A DNA stretch of 37,925 nt from Hormoscilla sp. (GCA_051439505.1 JBFRWI010000019.1:1-37925), one strand, 5' to 3'. Numbered from the stretch's first letter, positions 1 to 9,001 are shown. A program made the numbers and translations. The notes: generated from the sequence alone by a model not told the origin.

Positions 1-189
1 AATAATATCAAAGTGAAAAATACAATCGTGAACGCGACGGGAGTTCTGCCAGCCAATATCGAGTAAAAGGTAATGATCGTTTTCTGTGTCAAAAACAAGC
101 TGAACGCTGATATCTGCATTTTGGTTCGAGTCTGCATACTGTTTGAGAAATTTCTTAATGCTTTCTCGATAATGTTCTAATCTATCCAT
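1..189 (-). CDS. xisI: XisI family protein (runs off the window edge)
   Basis: Manual translation from ATG at 189 gives MDRLEHYRESIKKFLKQYADSNQNADISVQLVFDTENDHYLLLDIGWQNSRRVHDCIFHFDII. This has the XisI-type 'FD.E.DHY.L...GW....R...C..H.DI' pattern and overlaps the xisH stop. Confidence 0.9.
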   Translation of the reverse strand, partial: MDRLEHYRESIKKFLKQYADSNQNADISVQLVFDTENDHYLLLDIGWQNSRRVHDCIFHFDII

Positions 190-248
190 AATTTAATCTC
201 CTCCGTTTCTGGGTTATAGATAATTAGCTTGATTGGATATTATACCAA

Positions 249-462
249 CAATAATTCTCGGTTAAACATATAGGTTGTCATTGCGAGGGGGGGGGGTACG
301 TAGCGATAACTTATGGGAAATTGAGTTAACCCCCCCCCGAAGCAATCCCCTCGTCCCGTATAAGTCGGTGAGATTGCTTCGGGGGGGATTGTTTCTGGGG
401 CTAACAAATAGTTAGTTGGGCATCCCCCCTCGCAATGACAAGTTGTTAACCGAGAAGTATTG
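249..462. mobile_element. MITE family A, copy 1
   Basis: TIRs CAATAATTCTCGGTTAA / TTAACCGAGAAGTATTG. Flanking 10-bp near-direct repeat ATTATACCAA (239-248) / ATTCTACCAA (463-472). Internal GTCATTGCGAG...GAAGCAATC / GATTGCTTC...CTCGCAATGAC palindromes. Confidence 0.85.
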
Positions 463-553
463 ATTCTACCAAAAGATCTTGAATTAGGATTTCTCCAAAT
501 AGGGCTTCATAGGCTGATTCGGGAATGGCTAGATAAAGAATGCGATCGGGTTC

Positions 554-704
554 GGGTGTGGTCGAAACCAGTTGATCTTTCATGGGCTTTCCCTGTCGTG
601 GGATCCCCCCAAACCCCCCTTAAAAAGGGGGGCTTCTGGAAGCCCCCCCTTCTGCAAGGGGGGGTTTGGGGGGGATCCGCCGCAACTACAAATGAACCGC
701 ACCC
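554..704. mobile_element. MITE family B, copy 1
   Basis: Ends GGGTGTGGTC / AACCGCACCC, with an internal GATCCCCCCAAACCCCCCTT...GGGGGGTTTGGGGGGGATC palindrome. Homologous to 4569-4717 and 37801-37925. Confidence 0.85.
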
Positions 705-1171
705 ACTTGATAAGGGAAATACTGCCCGAAGGCATGGTAGAATTCCGTAATTTTTGAAGTTCTAATAAAACTTTTCACCTCGACTGCTATTTTCCGGTTG
801 TCTTTTTGAGCGGCGATCGGTTTTTCGGCTCCCAGATCTGCTTCTAGTTTCAGAGTACCCACTTTCAATTGTAAAGGATCGTGGGTAATTGTCCAGCCAT
901 CTTTCTCAAGCGCCCGTCTGACTGCAAAATGAAACAAGTCTTTTCTAGACATTTCCCTAGCTCTCCATCTATAGTAATCTATAGTATAATGCTCGATCGC
1001 AGCAATAGTAGTTGACATCGACTTTTTTTTCTTTACCGGGAAGTCTTGCCATCGCACCCCCTCTTCTCCACCAATCCCCGATCGCCCCCCAATCCCCGAT
1101 CGCATATTTCCTGTGCCCCGACCACATGCGATCGCCACCCAGATCGCATGTTTGAGGAGTCAGTTACTGTT

Positions 1172-4100
1172 TCACTGCTGCTGAAACTGTCTGAGGAGTT
1201 TCTGTGCTAGCTGGTAGTCTGCCATCCTACCTTGTTCGCGGAAAAGCTGTGCAGCTTTCTGCATATTATAGATTGCTCTTTGTCTATCTCCTAGTTTATT
1301 ATAGAAAATCCCCCGGTCACCATAGGCTTCAGCAAAGTCTGGCTGAATTTCTATGGTTTTATTGTAATCTGCGATCGCCCTATTGTTGTCTCCCAACTTC
1401 CTGCGTGTATTCCCCCTGTTGTAATATGCTTTTGCAAAGTATGGCTGAATTTCTATGGCTTTATTGTAATCTGCGATCGCCTCATTGTCGTCTCCCAACT
1501 TCCTGCGTGTATTCCCCCTGTTGTAGTAGGCTAATGCATAGTCTGGCTGAATTTCTATGGCTTTATTGTAATCTGCGATCGCCCCATTGTTGTCTCCCAA
1601 TGATTTGCGCGTATTTCCCCTGTTGTTGTATGCATCTGCATAGTCTGGCTGAATTTCTATGGCTTTATTGTAATCTGCGATCGCCCCATTGTTGTCTCCC
1701 AAGATACCGCGTGTTACACCCCTGTTGTAGTATGCATCTGCATAGTCTGGCTGAATTTCTATGGCTTTATTAAAATCTGCAATCGCCCCATTGTTGTCTC
1801 CCAAGTTACCGCGTTCCACACCCCGGCTGAAGTATGCTTCTGCATAGTCAGGCTGAATTTCTATGGCTTTATTAAAATCTGCGAGCGCTCCATTGTTGTC
1901 TCCCAAGTCTGAACGTACATTCCCCCGGTTTACGTATGCAACGGCGTCGTCTGGCTTAATTTCTATTGCTTTATTGTAATCTGCGAGCGCTCCATTGTTG
2001 TCTCCCAAGTCTGAACGTACATTCCCCCGGTTTACGTATGCAACGGCATAGTCTGGCTTAATTTCTATTGCTTTATTGTAATCTGCGATCGCCCCTTCAT
2101 TGTCTCCCAAGTCACTGCGTACAACACCCCGGTTTACGTAGGCTGAGGCATCGTCTGGCTGAATTTCTATGGCTTTATTGTAATCTGCGATCGCCCCTGA
2201 ATTGTCTCCTAAGTCTGAGCGTGCATTCCCCCGGTTGTTGTAGGCAAAGGGATGGGGCTTAATGTCGATCGCTTGACTGTAAGCCTCCACTGCTTCGGCG
2301 TGGCGTTCTAAATTTCGTAGCATCTCACCACGCCACATATAAAGTACCGAATCTTTGGGGTTTATATTAATTGCCTTCTCTAATGATGCCAGTGCCTCTC
2401 GGTATCGCTGCAACGAGGCAAGCGCCTCACCTCGTTCGCGCCAAGCCTCATATAATCTGGGATTTATTTCCGTAGCTTTATCAAAAGATGCCACCGCTGC
2501 TTGATATTTTCCCTGCGCTTTCAGCGCCAAACCCCGCCCATACCAAGCTTGCTCGAATTTGGGCTTCAGTTTAATCGCTTCGTCAAACGCCGCCACCGCC
2601 TCCTCATCTTCAAATAACCGCCACAATTGATTGCCATAATTTACCCAATCTATGGCACTCCCACTCTTTGCCGGTTTTTGAGCAGTGAATAAAGTCTCGC
2701 GTATAGCACTTATTTCTTTTCTCGTCAGTGGCGGTGGTGCTGTTTTTTCCACTTGCAACCACTCATATTTTACATGCGTCCTACCGGCCAAACTCAAAAA
2801 CGTCCTGACCGGCACTCCCAAACTATAACCCAGTTGAATTATTTCTATTGCACCTTCCTCCAATAACATTTCTCCTTCTGCTGCGGCGTGAATGCCAATT
2901 ACTCGCCCGCGAGCATCTAAAACAGGTCCGCCGCTCATCCCCCCTTGACTGGGATTACTGTAAACGAGATCATAACCATTAGTTAAAGACAAAGAGTTTT
3001 TCGCAACAATAGATCCCCGTTCCTTGCTGAAAACCCGTCCAGCAGTAAACTCCGGGTCAGCAGTTCTGAACTCTCCAGGCTTTAACCCCGGCCACCCCGA
3101 CAGGAAAATCCAGCGTCTTTTATCAACGTCCCAATTATAATTTGCCAAAGTTGCCACCCGGTAACTTTCCTTACTCTGGAACTGCAACACCGCCAAGTCC
3201 ACCCCTTCCAGTCTTTGTACCTTGCCATAGTCCACCCGGTATCGCTTACCATCAGGGGCTACCACCTCATATTTGTTTTCATCCTTCACCACATGATCTG
3301 CCGTCAGGACGTAGTAAGTCTTACCCCGCCGAGCAATAATCACCCCCGAACCATTATATTGGGGATCCTCAATGCGCACCGTAATCTGTCGGGCAACATC
3401 GAGTACCTCAGCCGCCACACCCGTCAGCAGTGGACCCGGAAGCACATTAAAGCTAGGATCGACCTCAGGCAACCTGCCAATGGGCACCCCCCAACTCAAG
3501 CCGTGCATTTTCTTGCGCACCTCATCGGTAGGGAACGAACCATCAGCAAATTGATAGAGATCCTGCAAAATAGGATAAGCACTCTTACCATTAATCCCCA
3601 TCAACTGACCGGACCCATTCAGCACCGGACCGCCACTCATACCCTGTTGGACAGCATTACTGTAGCCGATTTGATAGCCCTCTTGTAAAGCCATGGAAGG
3701 AAACATAGAAATCTGCCCCTTGGTAAAGAGCAAATCCCGGGCATCATAAGGGAACCCAGCCGCAAACACGGGCTGATTTACCCGCGCAGGAGAACTAGCG
3801 AAAGTGGCCACATCATAGTCAGCATCAGCCGCGAACTGTAAAATCGCCAGATCGTAGCCATGTACCGTACCGGAAAAATCGGTAACATTCTGGGCAGGAT
3901 ACAGCTTGCCATCAGGAGTGCGGATCTGGTGGGGTTCGCCAGGACTAACAGCATGAGCATTAGTGAGCACGGAATAAAGTTGCCCATCTTTTCTAATCAG
4001 CACCCCCGAACCACGACCATGCCCCACTATCACTCTGACAGTAATCTCGGAAGCCTTTTGACGTAATTGGGCTTCCGTCAGCTGAGCAGTCAGTTGTTGG

Positions 4101-4198
4101 GCAGTCTGCGTCGGGGCATCAACATCCGTAGAGGAGTTACATCCCGGCAGCAGCAATAAACCTATAGCAGAAATCAGCACTAACTTTTTGCCATTCAT
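1172..4198 (-). CDS. Lipoprotein with two trypsin-like serine protease domains and a C-terminal TPR array
   Basis: Likely start is ATG 4198 after AAGGAGG. Lipobox-like LLPGC; two sets of TNAH/TADH, DLA and GMSGGP motifs; many 34-aa TPR units. Confidence 0.9.
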   Translation of the reverse strand: MNGKKLVLISAIGLLLLPGCNSSTDVDAPTQTAQQLTAQLTEAQLRQKASEITVRVIVGHGRGSGVLIRKDGQLYSVLTNAHAVSPGEPHQIRTPDGKLYPAQNVTDFSGTVHGYDLAILQFAADADYDVATFASSPARVNQPVFAAGFPYDARDLLFTKGQISMFPSMALQEGYQIGYSNAVQQGMSGGPVLNGSGQLMGINGKSAYPILQDLYQFADGSFPTDEVRKKMHGLSWGVPIGRLPEVDPSFNVLPGPLLTGVAAEVLDVARQITVRIEDPQYNGSGVIIARRGKTYYVLTADHVVKDENKYEVVAPDGKRYRVDYGKVQRLEGVDLAVLQFQSKESYRVATLANYNWDVDKRRWIFLSGWPGLKPGEFRTADPEFTAGRVFSKERGSIVAKNSLSLTNGYDLVYSNPSQGGMSGGPVLDARGRVIGIHAAAEGEMLLEEGAIEIIQLGYSLGVPVRTFLSLAGRTHVKYEWLQVEKTAPPPLTRKEISAIRETLFTAQKPAKSGSAIDWVNYGNQLWRLFEDEEAVAAFDEAIKLKPKFEQAWYGRGLALKAQGKYQAAVASFDKATEINPRLYEAWRERGEALASLQRYREALASLEKAININPKDSVLYMWRGEMLRNLERHAEAVEAYSQAIDIKPHPFAYNNRGNARSDLGDNSGAIADYNKAIEIQPDDASAYVNRGVVRSDLGDNEGAIADYNKAIEIKPDYAVAYVNRGNVRSDLGDNNGALADYNKAIEIKPDDAVAYVNRGNVRSDLGDNNGALADFNKAIEIQPDYAEAYFSRGVERGNLGDNNGAIADFNKAIEIQPDYADAYYNRGVTRGILGDNNGAIADYNKAIEIQPDYADAYNNRGNTRKSLGDNNGAIADYNKAIEIQPDYALAYYNRGNTRRKLGDDNEAIADYNKAIEIQPYFAKAYYNRGNTRRKLGDNNRAIADYNKTIEIQPDFAEAYGDRGIFYNKLGDRQRAIYNMQKAAQLFREQGRMADYQLAQKLLRQFQQQ
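1300..2256 (-). repeat. 102-bp tandem coding repeats (about 9 near-identical TPR units)
   Basis: The motif ggct(g/t)aatttctat(g/t)gctttatt recurs at 102-bp spacing from about 1340 to about 2155. Confidence 0.9.
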
Positions 4199-4259
4199 TG
4201 ACCTATCCTCCTTTCGTATATCTCGTTTCTCAAATTGATGTGTTACAGCCAAATTCCCA

Positions 4260-4335
4260 TTTGTCATTGCGAGGGGGGGGTACGTAGCGATCAACTTATC
4301 CTTTATGATTTAACCCCCCCCGAAGCAATCTCCCC
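4260..4335. repeat. Partial family A element (one arm, no termini)
   Basis: TTGTCATTGCGAGGGGGGGGTACGTAGCGA...CCCCCCCCGAAGCAATC matches 275-348. Confidence 0.75.
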
Positions 4336-4392
4336 AACAGCATATCACAGTAATTTAATAACTGCTATATCTCTAATCTCTAATCTTACCCG

Positions 4393-4910
4393 ATAGACCG
4401 CCGGGGGTTCAAACCCCCGGCTCAAAGCTTAAGTGGGTTAAAACCCACTGTCCGCATTATCGCGCTCAAGGATTTATCCTCGTGGGAACGAGTTCTAGAG
4501 GATCTGCCTCTAGTTTACAATGGTGCAAGATGTGATTTCAAAACCGACTAAATACCTTATATTATATCGGGTGTGGTCATGCATTTGTTGCTCCCGGGAT
4601 CCCCCCAAACCCCCCCTTGCAAAAGGGGGGCTTCAAAGCCCCCCTTTTTAAGGGGGGTTTGGGGGGATCCGGCGACTGGGGTATCCCACGATCGATCAAC
4701 GGGTTTTGACCACACCCTATTATATCTCGTTCCCACTGTAGGGGCGTTAGGGACGCCCCTACAGATATCTTTGCAAATATGAGATGCCGCCCGGTCAATC
4801 TTTATCTCGACAATGTTTCCAGTGGGTTTTAACCCACTTTAGCTGTTAGCCGTGGGTTTGAACCCACGGCGGGCCAGGAGACTAATCGAGAATGGTGCAA
4901 GATATCAGTT
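4393..4910. repeat. Inverted REP-like pair enclosing nested elements
   Basis: 4397-4450 (CCGCCGGGGGTTCAAACCCCCGGCT...AAGTGGGTTAAAACCCACTG) is the inverted homologue of about 4820-4872. AATGGTGCAAGAT end motifs at about 4519 and 4891; GTAGGGGCG...CGCCCCTAC hairpin at about 4738-4762. Confidence 0.75.
4569..4717. mobile_element. MITE family B, copy 2 (inverted relative to copy 1)
   Basis: Perfect TIR GGGTGTGGTCA / TGACCACACCC and a perfect 9-bp target duplication TATTATATC (4560-4568, 4718-4726). Confidence 0.9.
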
Positions 4911-4937
4911 ATTACGGTTAATCATCCGGACTTGATA

Positions 4938-5519
4938 TTATGGTTCCTCTTCAACCGGCGCTGTGCGAAGAAACTTCTCCATATCCACCTGGATGTAGAC
5001 TTGGTCCTTCTTGGTATTCTGTCTCAGGGGGGCCTGAGCAAAAGTACCTCTAAGAACTAGCTGTAGATCTTCCAAAATTTTTATCCCATCATCTGTAGGT
5101 AACAGAGTGAACAGCAAAGTATCGCAGTTCCCGCCAGCTTCCCGCGCCGTACAGATCACCGGTTGTTCGTTCATTTTACCATTAGTCAGGTACTTGAAGC
5201 TACCATTCTCGTATGCTTCATGAAACCGGGGGGACGCTTCAGCACATCTCTTATCAGGATCGTATCCCGCCCCTTCAAAATCATTTCTTACCCAGCGGAC
5301 CACAGCACTTTTGCCCCTTTGCCTCCAAGCATAGGTCGTCGGCACCTTTTTGTCCAGGTCTAGATCGTAACCATCACGACAAATGAACTGTACCTTTTCC
5401 TCGTCAGACTGAACCGTTGGATTAGCAGATTCTCTCCTCGGGGTAATGTCCCTGGTGCATCCCGCTGCCAGCAGTCCTGCTGCCAATACCGCCATCAATG
5501 ATTTATATTTGCTATTCAT
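4938..5519 (-). CDS. COP23 domain lipoprotein
   Basis: Lipobox LAAGC; COP23-type pattern 'FIC...PTT....G...VVRW...F...GY.P..RC...S.RF...Y..G....LT.G.MN.QPVIC...C..LLFTL'. It lies upstream of the protease/TPR gene, as is common in cyanobacteria. Confidence 0.85.
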   Translation of the reverse strand: MNSKYKSLMAVLAAGLLAAGCTRDITPRRESANPTVQSDEEKVQFICRDGYDLDLDKKVPTTYAWRQRGKSAVVRWVRNDFEGAGYDPDKRCAEASPRFHEAYENGSFKYLTNGKMNEQPVICTAREAGGNCDTLLFTLLPTDDGIKILEDLQLVLRGTFAQAPLRQNTKKDQVYIQVDMEKFLRTAPVEEEP

Positions 5520-5667
5520 ATCACACTCCTATATCTCCTCTAATGGAAAGCTGCTGTCATTCTAACTCTTTTACCGTTGTTGTGTGTTAAATTTTGTTAA
5601 CTAGCTTAATCCCAGAAACCGGCTTTGGACAAGAGGCTGCATCGAGCCGAACCCTAAAGGGCCCGGC

Positions 5668-5770
5668 TAAGCAATTCCAAATTCAAAATTAAGAATTCAA
5701 AATGGGTAAAGTCATTGCTCGCAAGGGTTTCAGCATTTGGATCCATGTAACTTAAATGCGCGACAGCTTA
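5668..5770. mobile_element. Family D miniature element, TA-flanked, inserted in a REP-like hairpin sequence
   Basis: TA at 5668-5669 and 5769-5770. AATTCAA heptamers followed by a ...TTAAATGCGCGACAGCTTA end; homologous to 8903-8995. Confidence 0.6.
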
Positions 5771-5847
5771 CACCGAACTTAGCCCGCGCAGGCGGGCTAG
5801 ATTACATGCATACCAGCTGTACCCGTCTCCATGGGATAATTATCGCA

Positions 5848-6060
5848 TCAACCCGGTTTTTTTGTCTGAGCGAGCGGGGGCGATCGCGTGGGAGTTGAGA
5901 AACCGGGTTTCTTTAGCAAATCTGTCGCCAGGAGCAAAAAATATTGCAGAAACCCGGTTTCTTGGTCTCACGGCAAATGGCGATCGGGCAGTTGTTGAGA
6001 AACCGGGTTTCTTATAAACATCGTCGGTGTTGATGCGCAAAGTCTCAAAGAAACCCGGTA
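5848..6060. repeat. Cluster of AGAAACC(G/C)GGTTTCT palindromic repeats
   Basis: Copies at about 5850, 5898, 5948, 5998 and 6049, interleaved with HIP1-like sites. Confidence 0.8.
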
Positions 6061-6162
6061 GGGGGTCAAACCGTCCAAATGCTTCTTCCGTGGGCAAGTG
6101 AGATAGGATCGTAACTACAGATCGCCCTTGCCCACCTAAAGAATTTAAGGCGCGATCGCCCC

Positions 6163-6702
6163 TTAATCTCTAGTCAGATAGATGTGACCCAAAGTCCGTC
6201 CATTATAGGTTCTTTTAGTAAAGTACCAACCCGGTTCTAGATCGATCTTCATATACTCATTGGTAATCCCATTAGTCTTGCCAATTGTCAGGACCGGTGC
6301 ATTGGGATTGAGCAGATCCTTGCCGATCATAAAAATCTTTCCATTATTAACTTGCAGAAAGAGAGTGTATTTCAATCCCAAGTCCCGGCCCCCGACTCGA
6401 ATTGAGTAAGCGTTGCTGTCTGCTGCCCGGCCACAAATGCCTGTAAAATCGAAACTCAACAGCAAAGGTTCGATCCGCACCGGATCGCTACCGTACTCAT
6501 TCCAACAAGCACGGCGATTGGATTTTTGTTCCAGAATCACCAAGCGTTGCGAGTTCCCGCCGTCCACGGGCACCGCCACTGCTACAAAGTCATTTTGATT
6601 CACTGCTTGTTGACCGAAGATGGAGGCGATCGCCGGATTTATGCTTGCGAAGCTTGTCATTGCTGTCGCCACAATTGTTGCCAGAGTCTGGATCGATTTC
6701 AT
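6163..6702 (-). CDS. DUF3747 family secreted protein
   Basis: Signal peptide; 'LVILEQ....ACW.E.G..PV.IEPLLL.FDFTGICGR..DSN.YSIR' and 'KRTYNG.TLGHIYL' motifs. Confidence 0.85.
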   Translation of the reverse strand: MKSIQTLATIVATAMTSFASINPAIASIFGQQAVNQNDFVAVAVPVDGGNSQRLVILEQKSNRRACWNEYGSDPVRIEPLLLSFDFTGICGRAADSNAYSIRVGGRDLGLKYTLFLQVNNGKIFMIGKDLLNPNAPVLTIGKTNGITNEYMKIDLEPGWYFTKRTYNGRTLGHIYLTRD

Positions 6703-6737
6703 GGTATTTTCTGAAGTTGTAACTATGATTTAGCACA

Positions 6738-8300
6738 TTATATGCTTTGGTCGGCGGAAAAGTCAACTATAGCATTTCCCACCGCTGCCATTAAATATTG
6801 AGTCAAGGTCAGGGCATCTACCCCTAACTCCGTTCGTTCCGATGCTGCCAACATGCCTGCTTGCGCGTGCCACCATGCTGCTGTTACCACTACTCCTTCT
6901 ATGGGAGTCTGCTGCCCGGGTGCCTGTGCTAAGAGTCCCCCCAACAGTCCAGTTAACACGTCCCCACTACCGCCACGGGCTAATGCGGGAGTGCTTTCGG
7001 GGATAATCCATACAGAACCGTAATGATTGACGATCGCCGTTAACGCTCCTTTCAACAATACCACAGCCCCACCCAATCCCGAAACATCTTGTACTGCTTT
7101 GATGCGGTCTTGGGTCGGGTCGGGTGCTTCGGGAAACAGACGCTTAAATTCTCCCGCATGGGGAGTTAGCACTGTCGGTACTTCTCGCTGGGATAAACAG
7201 GCGATCGCGCCCTTTGATGCCAGAATATTTAACCCGTCGGCGTCTAGGACTAGCGGGCGATCGCTGGCCAATACCTCTTCTACTACTTCTACCGCATCCA
7301 TCGTCAAACCCGGACCGCAGGCGATCGCGCTATAGCTGCTCAATTCTACTGGCAGTTGGGCGATCGCGCCCGTTTTCGTCTCCGGACAAGCGATAATCAC
7401 AGTTGAGGGTAACTGTGCCACTAACAACTGTTTCAAAGATGCCGGCACCGCTATTGATAGCATCCCCACACCACTTGCTTGCGCCCCCAAACCTGCTAAA
7501 ATTGCTGCCCCTGCATACTTACGAGAACCGCAAATTAACAGCAAATGTCCTTCCTTATATTTATGCGTAACTCGCGGGCGAGGAATGGGCAGATGGGCCA
7601 CTGCTGTCCCTGGGGTAATCCGATATATTCTCGACGTGCGATTAATTACAGGTTCAATATCTGCCCAGGGAATATCAAAATCAAGCAGTTCCGCCTGGCC
7701 GATATATTCCTGCGATCGATCCTGCAAAAATGCCAGCTTCCACAAACCCAGACAAAAGGTGCGAGTTGCCCGCACTGCCGTTCCCAGAACTTCTCCCGTA
7801 TCCGTGTGGATGCCCGCCGGAATATCGATACTCAACACCGGTTTTGACCAGCTATTCAGCTCATTTACCGCCTCTGCCAGTCCTTCAGAGATTGTCCGTT
7901 CTAACCCAAATCCAAATAAACCATCAATTAACAGGTGGCAATCTTGCAACGAGGCAATCTCTGAGTGAAAGGGAATGCCCAAACTGGCGGCATACTTAGC
8001 ATGTTGACTGGTAAGTTGCTTCAGTTTAGATAAGGGTTGATAGATAGCGACATCATAGGAGTGGAAATGCAACTCCCGGGCCACTACTAAAGCATCTCCC
8101 CCATTATGTCCCGGTCCGACCAAGACACCTACCCGCTGGGGTGCTGGGTAAAGAGATTGAATGCGCCGGGCCAGCAGGCCCGCTACCTTTTCCATTAATG
8201 CTGCCACTGGCATCCCGGCAGCAAAGATCCTCTCTTCTATTTCCCGCATCTGGGCGGCAGTTACTGCGATTTGTTGAATTTGTGCTGCTCGATCTTTCAT
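6738..8300 (-). CDS. nnr: Bifunctional NAD(P)H-hydrate epimerase/dehydratase
   Basis: YjeF-N motifs GPGHNGGD, IDGLFGFG and SIDIPAG; carbohydrate-kinase-like motifs GPGL, LDADGL, LTPH.GEF and GGSGDVL. Confidence 0.95.
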   Translation of the reverse strand: MKDRAAQIQQIAVTAAQMREIEERIFAAGMPVAALMEKVAGLLARRIQSLYPAPQRVGVLVGPGHNGGDALVVARELHFHSYDVAIYQPLSKLKQLTSQHAKYAASLGIPFHSEIASLQDCHLLIDGLFGFGLERTISEGLAEAVNELNSWSKPVLSIDIPAGIHTDTGEVLGTAVRATRTFCLGLWKLAFLQDRSQEYIGQAELLDFDIPWADIEPVINRTSRIYRITPGTAVAHLPIPRPRVTHKYKEGHLLLICGSRKYAGAAILAGLGAQASGVGMLSIAVPASLKQLLVAQLPSTVIIACPETKTGAIAQLPVELSSYSAIACGPGLTMDAVEVVEEVLASDRPLVLDADGLNILASKGAIACLSQREVPTVLTPHAGEFKRLFPEAPDPTQDRIKAVQDVSGLGGAVVLLKGALTAIVNHYGSVWIIPESTPALARGGSGDVLTGLLGGLLAQAPGQQTPIEGVVVTAAWWHAQAGMLAASERTELGVDALTLTQYLMAAVGNAIVDFSADQSI

Positions 8301-8581
8301 CTGTACTTGTCCTCTGCACCCGCAAGCCTATTACTTACCATTATAGCGAATGATATTTGCCGTGCCCCGACATTATCTGCTTCACCCATCCATCTATTTT
8401 AATCGCCACCATTCGCCGGTACCCACGATCTAAATGTTACATTTTATGAAGATGTCAAAATAATTTATCTACATATTTTCGCGCTCCTGTATGCTAGAGT
8501 AATGTAATTGAGCAATTGTTAATTGATGTCCATACACAATTGACCATTCGCAATTTACCATTATCAGTAGGAGAAATATTC

Positions 8582-8902
8582 ATGAGTGCAGTACCTTACA
8601 TACAAGAGAGTGAGTGGGACGAACTTGTAACTGGCCCGGGGCCAGTTGTTGTTGATTTTACAGCAACTTGGTGCGGTCCCTGTCGCAAGGTGAGTCCTTT
8701 AATGGAGCAGCTGGCTGCCGAATACGAAGATCGTGTTAAGGTATTCAAGCTAGACGTGGACGAAAACAAACCCGTGGCCAAAAAGTTCGGCATCAGGAGT
8801 ATTCCTGCCGTGCTGATTTTTAAGGGAGGCGAAGTTGTCGAAAATATCAAAGGCGCTGTTCCCTATGAAGATTTCTGTACGGCAGTAGATAAGCACCTTT
8901 GA
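8582..8902 (+). CDS. trxA: Thioredoxin
   Basis: WCGPC active site and RSIPA cis-Pro motif. Start is ATG 8582 after AGGAG. Exact Trx subtype not determined. Confidence 0.9.
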   Translation: MSAVPYIQESEWDELVTGPGPVVVDFTATWCGPCRKVSPLMEQLAAEYEDRVKVFKLDVDENKPVAKKFGIRSIPAVLIFKGGEVVENIKGAVPYEDFCTAVDKHL

Positions 8903-8995
8903 AAAATTCAAAATTCAAAATTCAAAATGGTGAAAGTCATTTATCGCAATGGTTTCACCATTTTGCTCCCGGCAATTTAAATGCACAATAGCTTA
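8903..8995. repeat. Family D element, copy 2, with AAAATTC heptamer run
   Basis: AATTCAAAATGG..AAAGTCATT..TCGCAA.GGTTTCA.CATTT...TTAAATGCACAATAGCTTA aligns with about 5695-5770. Confidence 0.7.
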
Positions 8996-9001
8996 GGAGC
9001 G

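Larger units (their letters stand above)
177..952 (-). pseudogene. xisH: XisH family PD-(D/E)XK protein, split by two miniature insertions
   Basis: N-terminus MSRKDLFHFAVRRALEKDGWTITHDPL...DLGAEK...IAVEVKSF (952-705), middle EPDRILYLAIPESAYEALFGEILIQDLLVE (553-463), C-terminus YPIKLIIYNPETEEIKLWID* (to 177). The segments are separated by elements at 554-704 and 249-462. Confidence 0.9.

Noticed and set aside
460..757. ORFs with PQTPLKKGG / PPKPPLKRG motifs (also 4573-4798)
   Set aside because: Translations of MITE B.
1300..2256. Diversity-generating retroelement explanation for the TPR variation
   Set aside because: No reverse transcriptase or separate template repeat in the window, and the differences do not appear restricted to adenines.
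1204..2262. Cys-rich repeated + strand ORFs resembling RiPP precursors
   Set aside because: Antisense of the TPR array, and no modification enzymes nearby.
4199..4294. N-terminal extensions in the ORF track (also 953-1138, 8516-8581, 17385-17435, 21752-21901)
   Set aside because: Downstream ATGs match family N-termini and several have clear SD sequences; the 4199-4294 extension runs into repeat DNA.
5840..6097. 85-aa ORF with KKPGF/RNRVS/ETRFL motifs
   Set aside because: Translation of the AGAAACCGGGTTTCT palindrome cluster.
8400..8580. Possible NtcA or redox-regulator site upstream of thioredoxin
   Set aside because: No clean GTA-N8-TAC or other convincing palindrome found.
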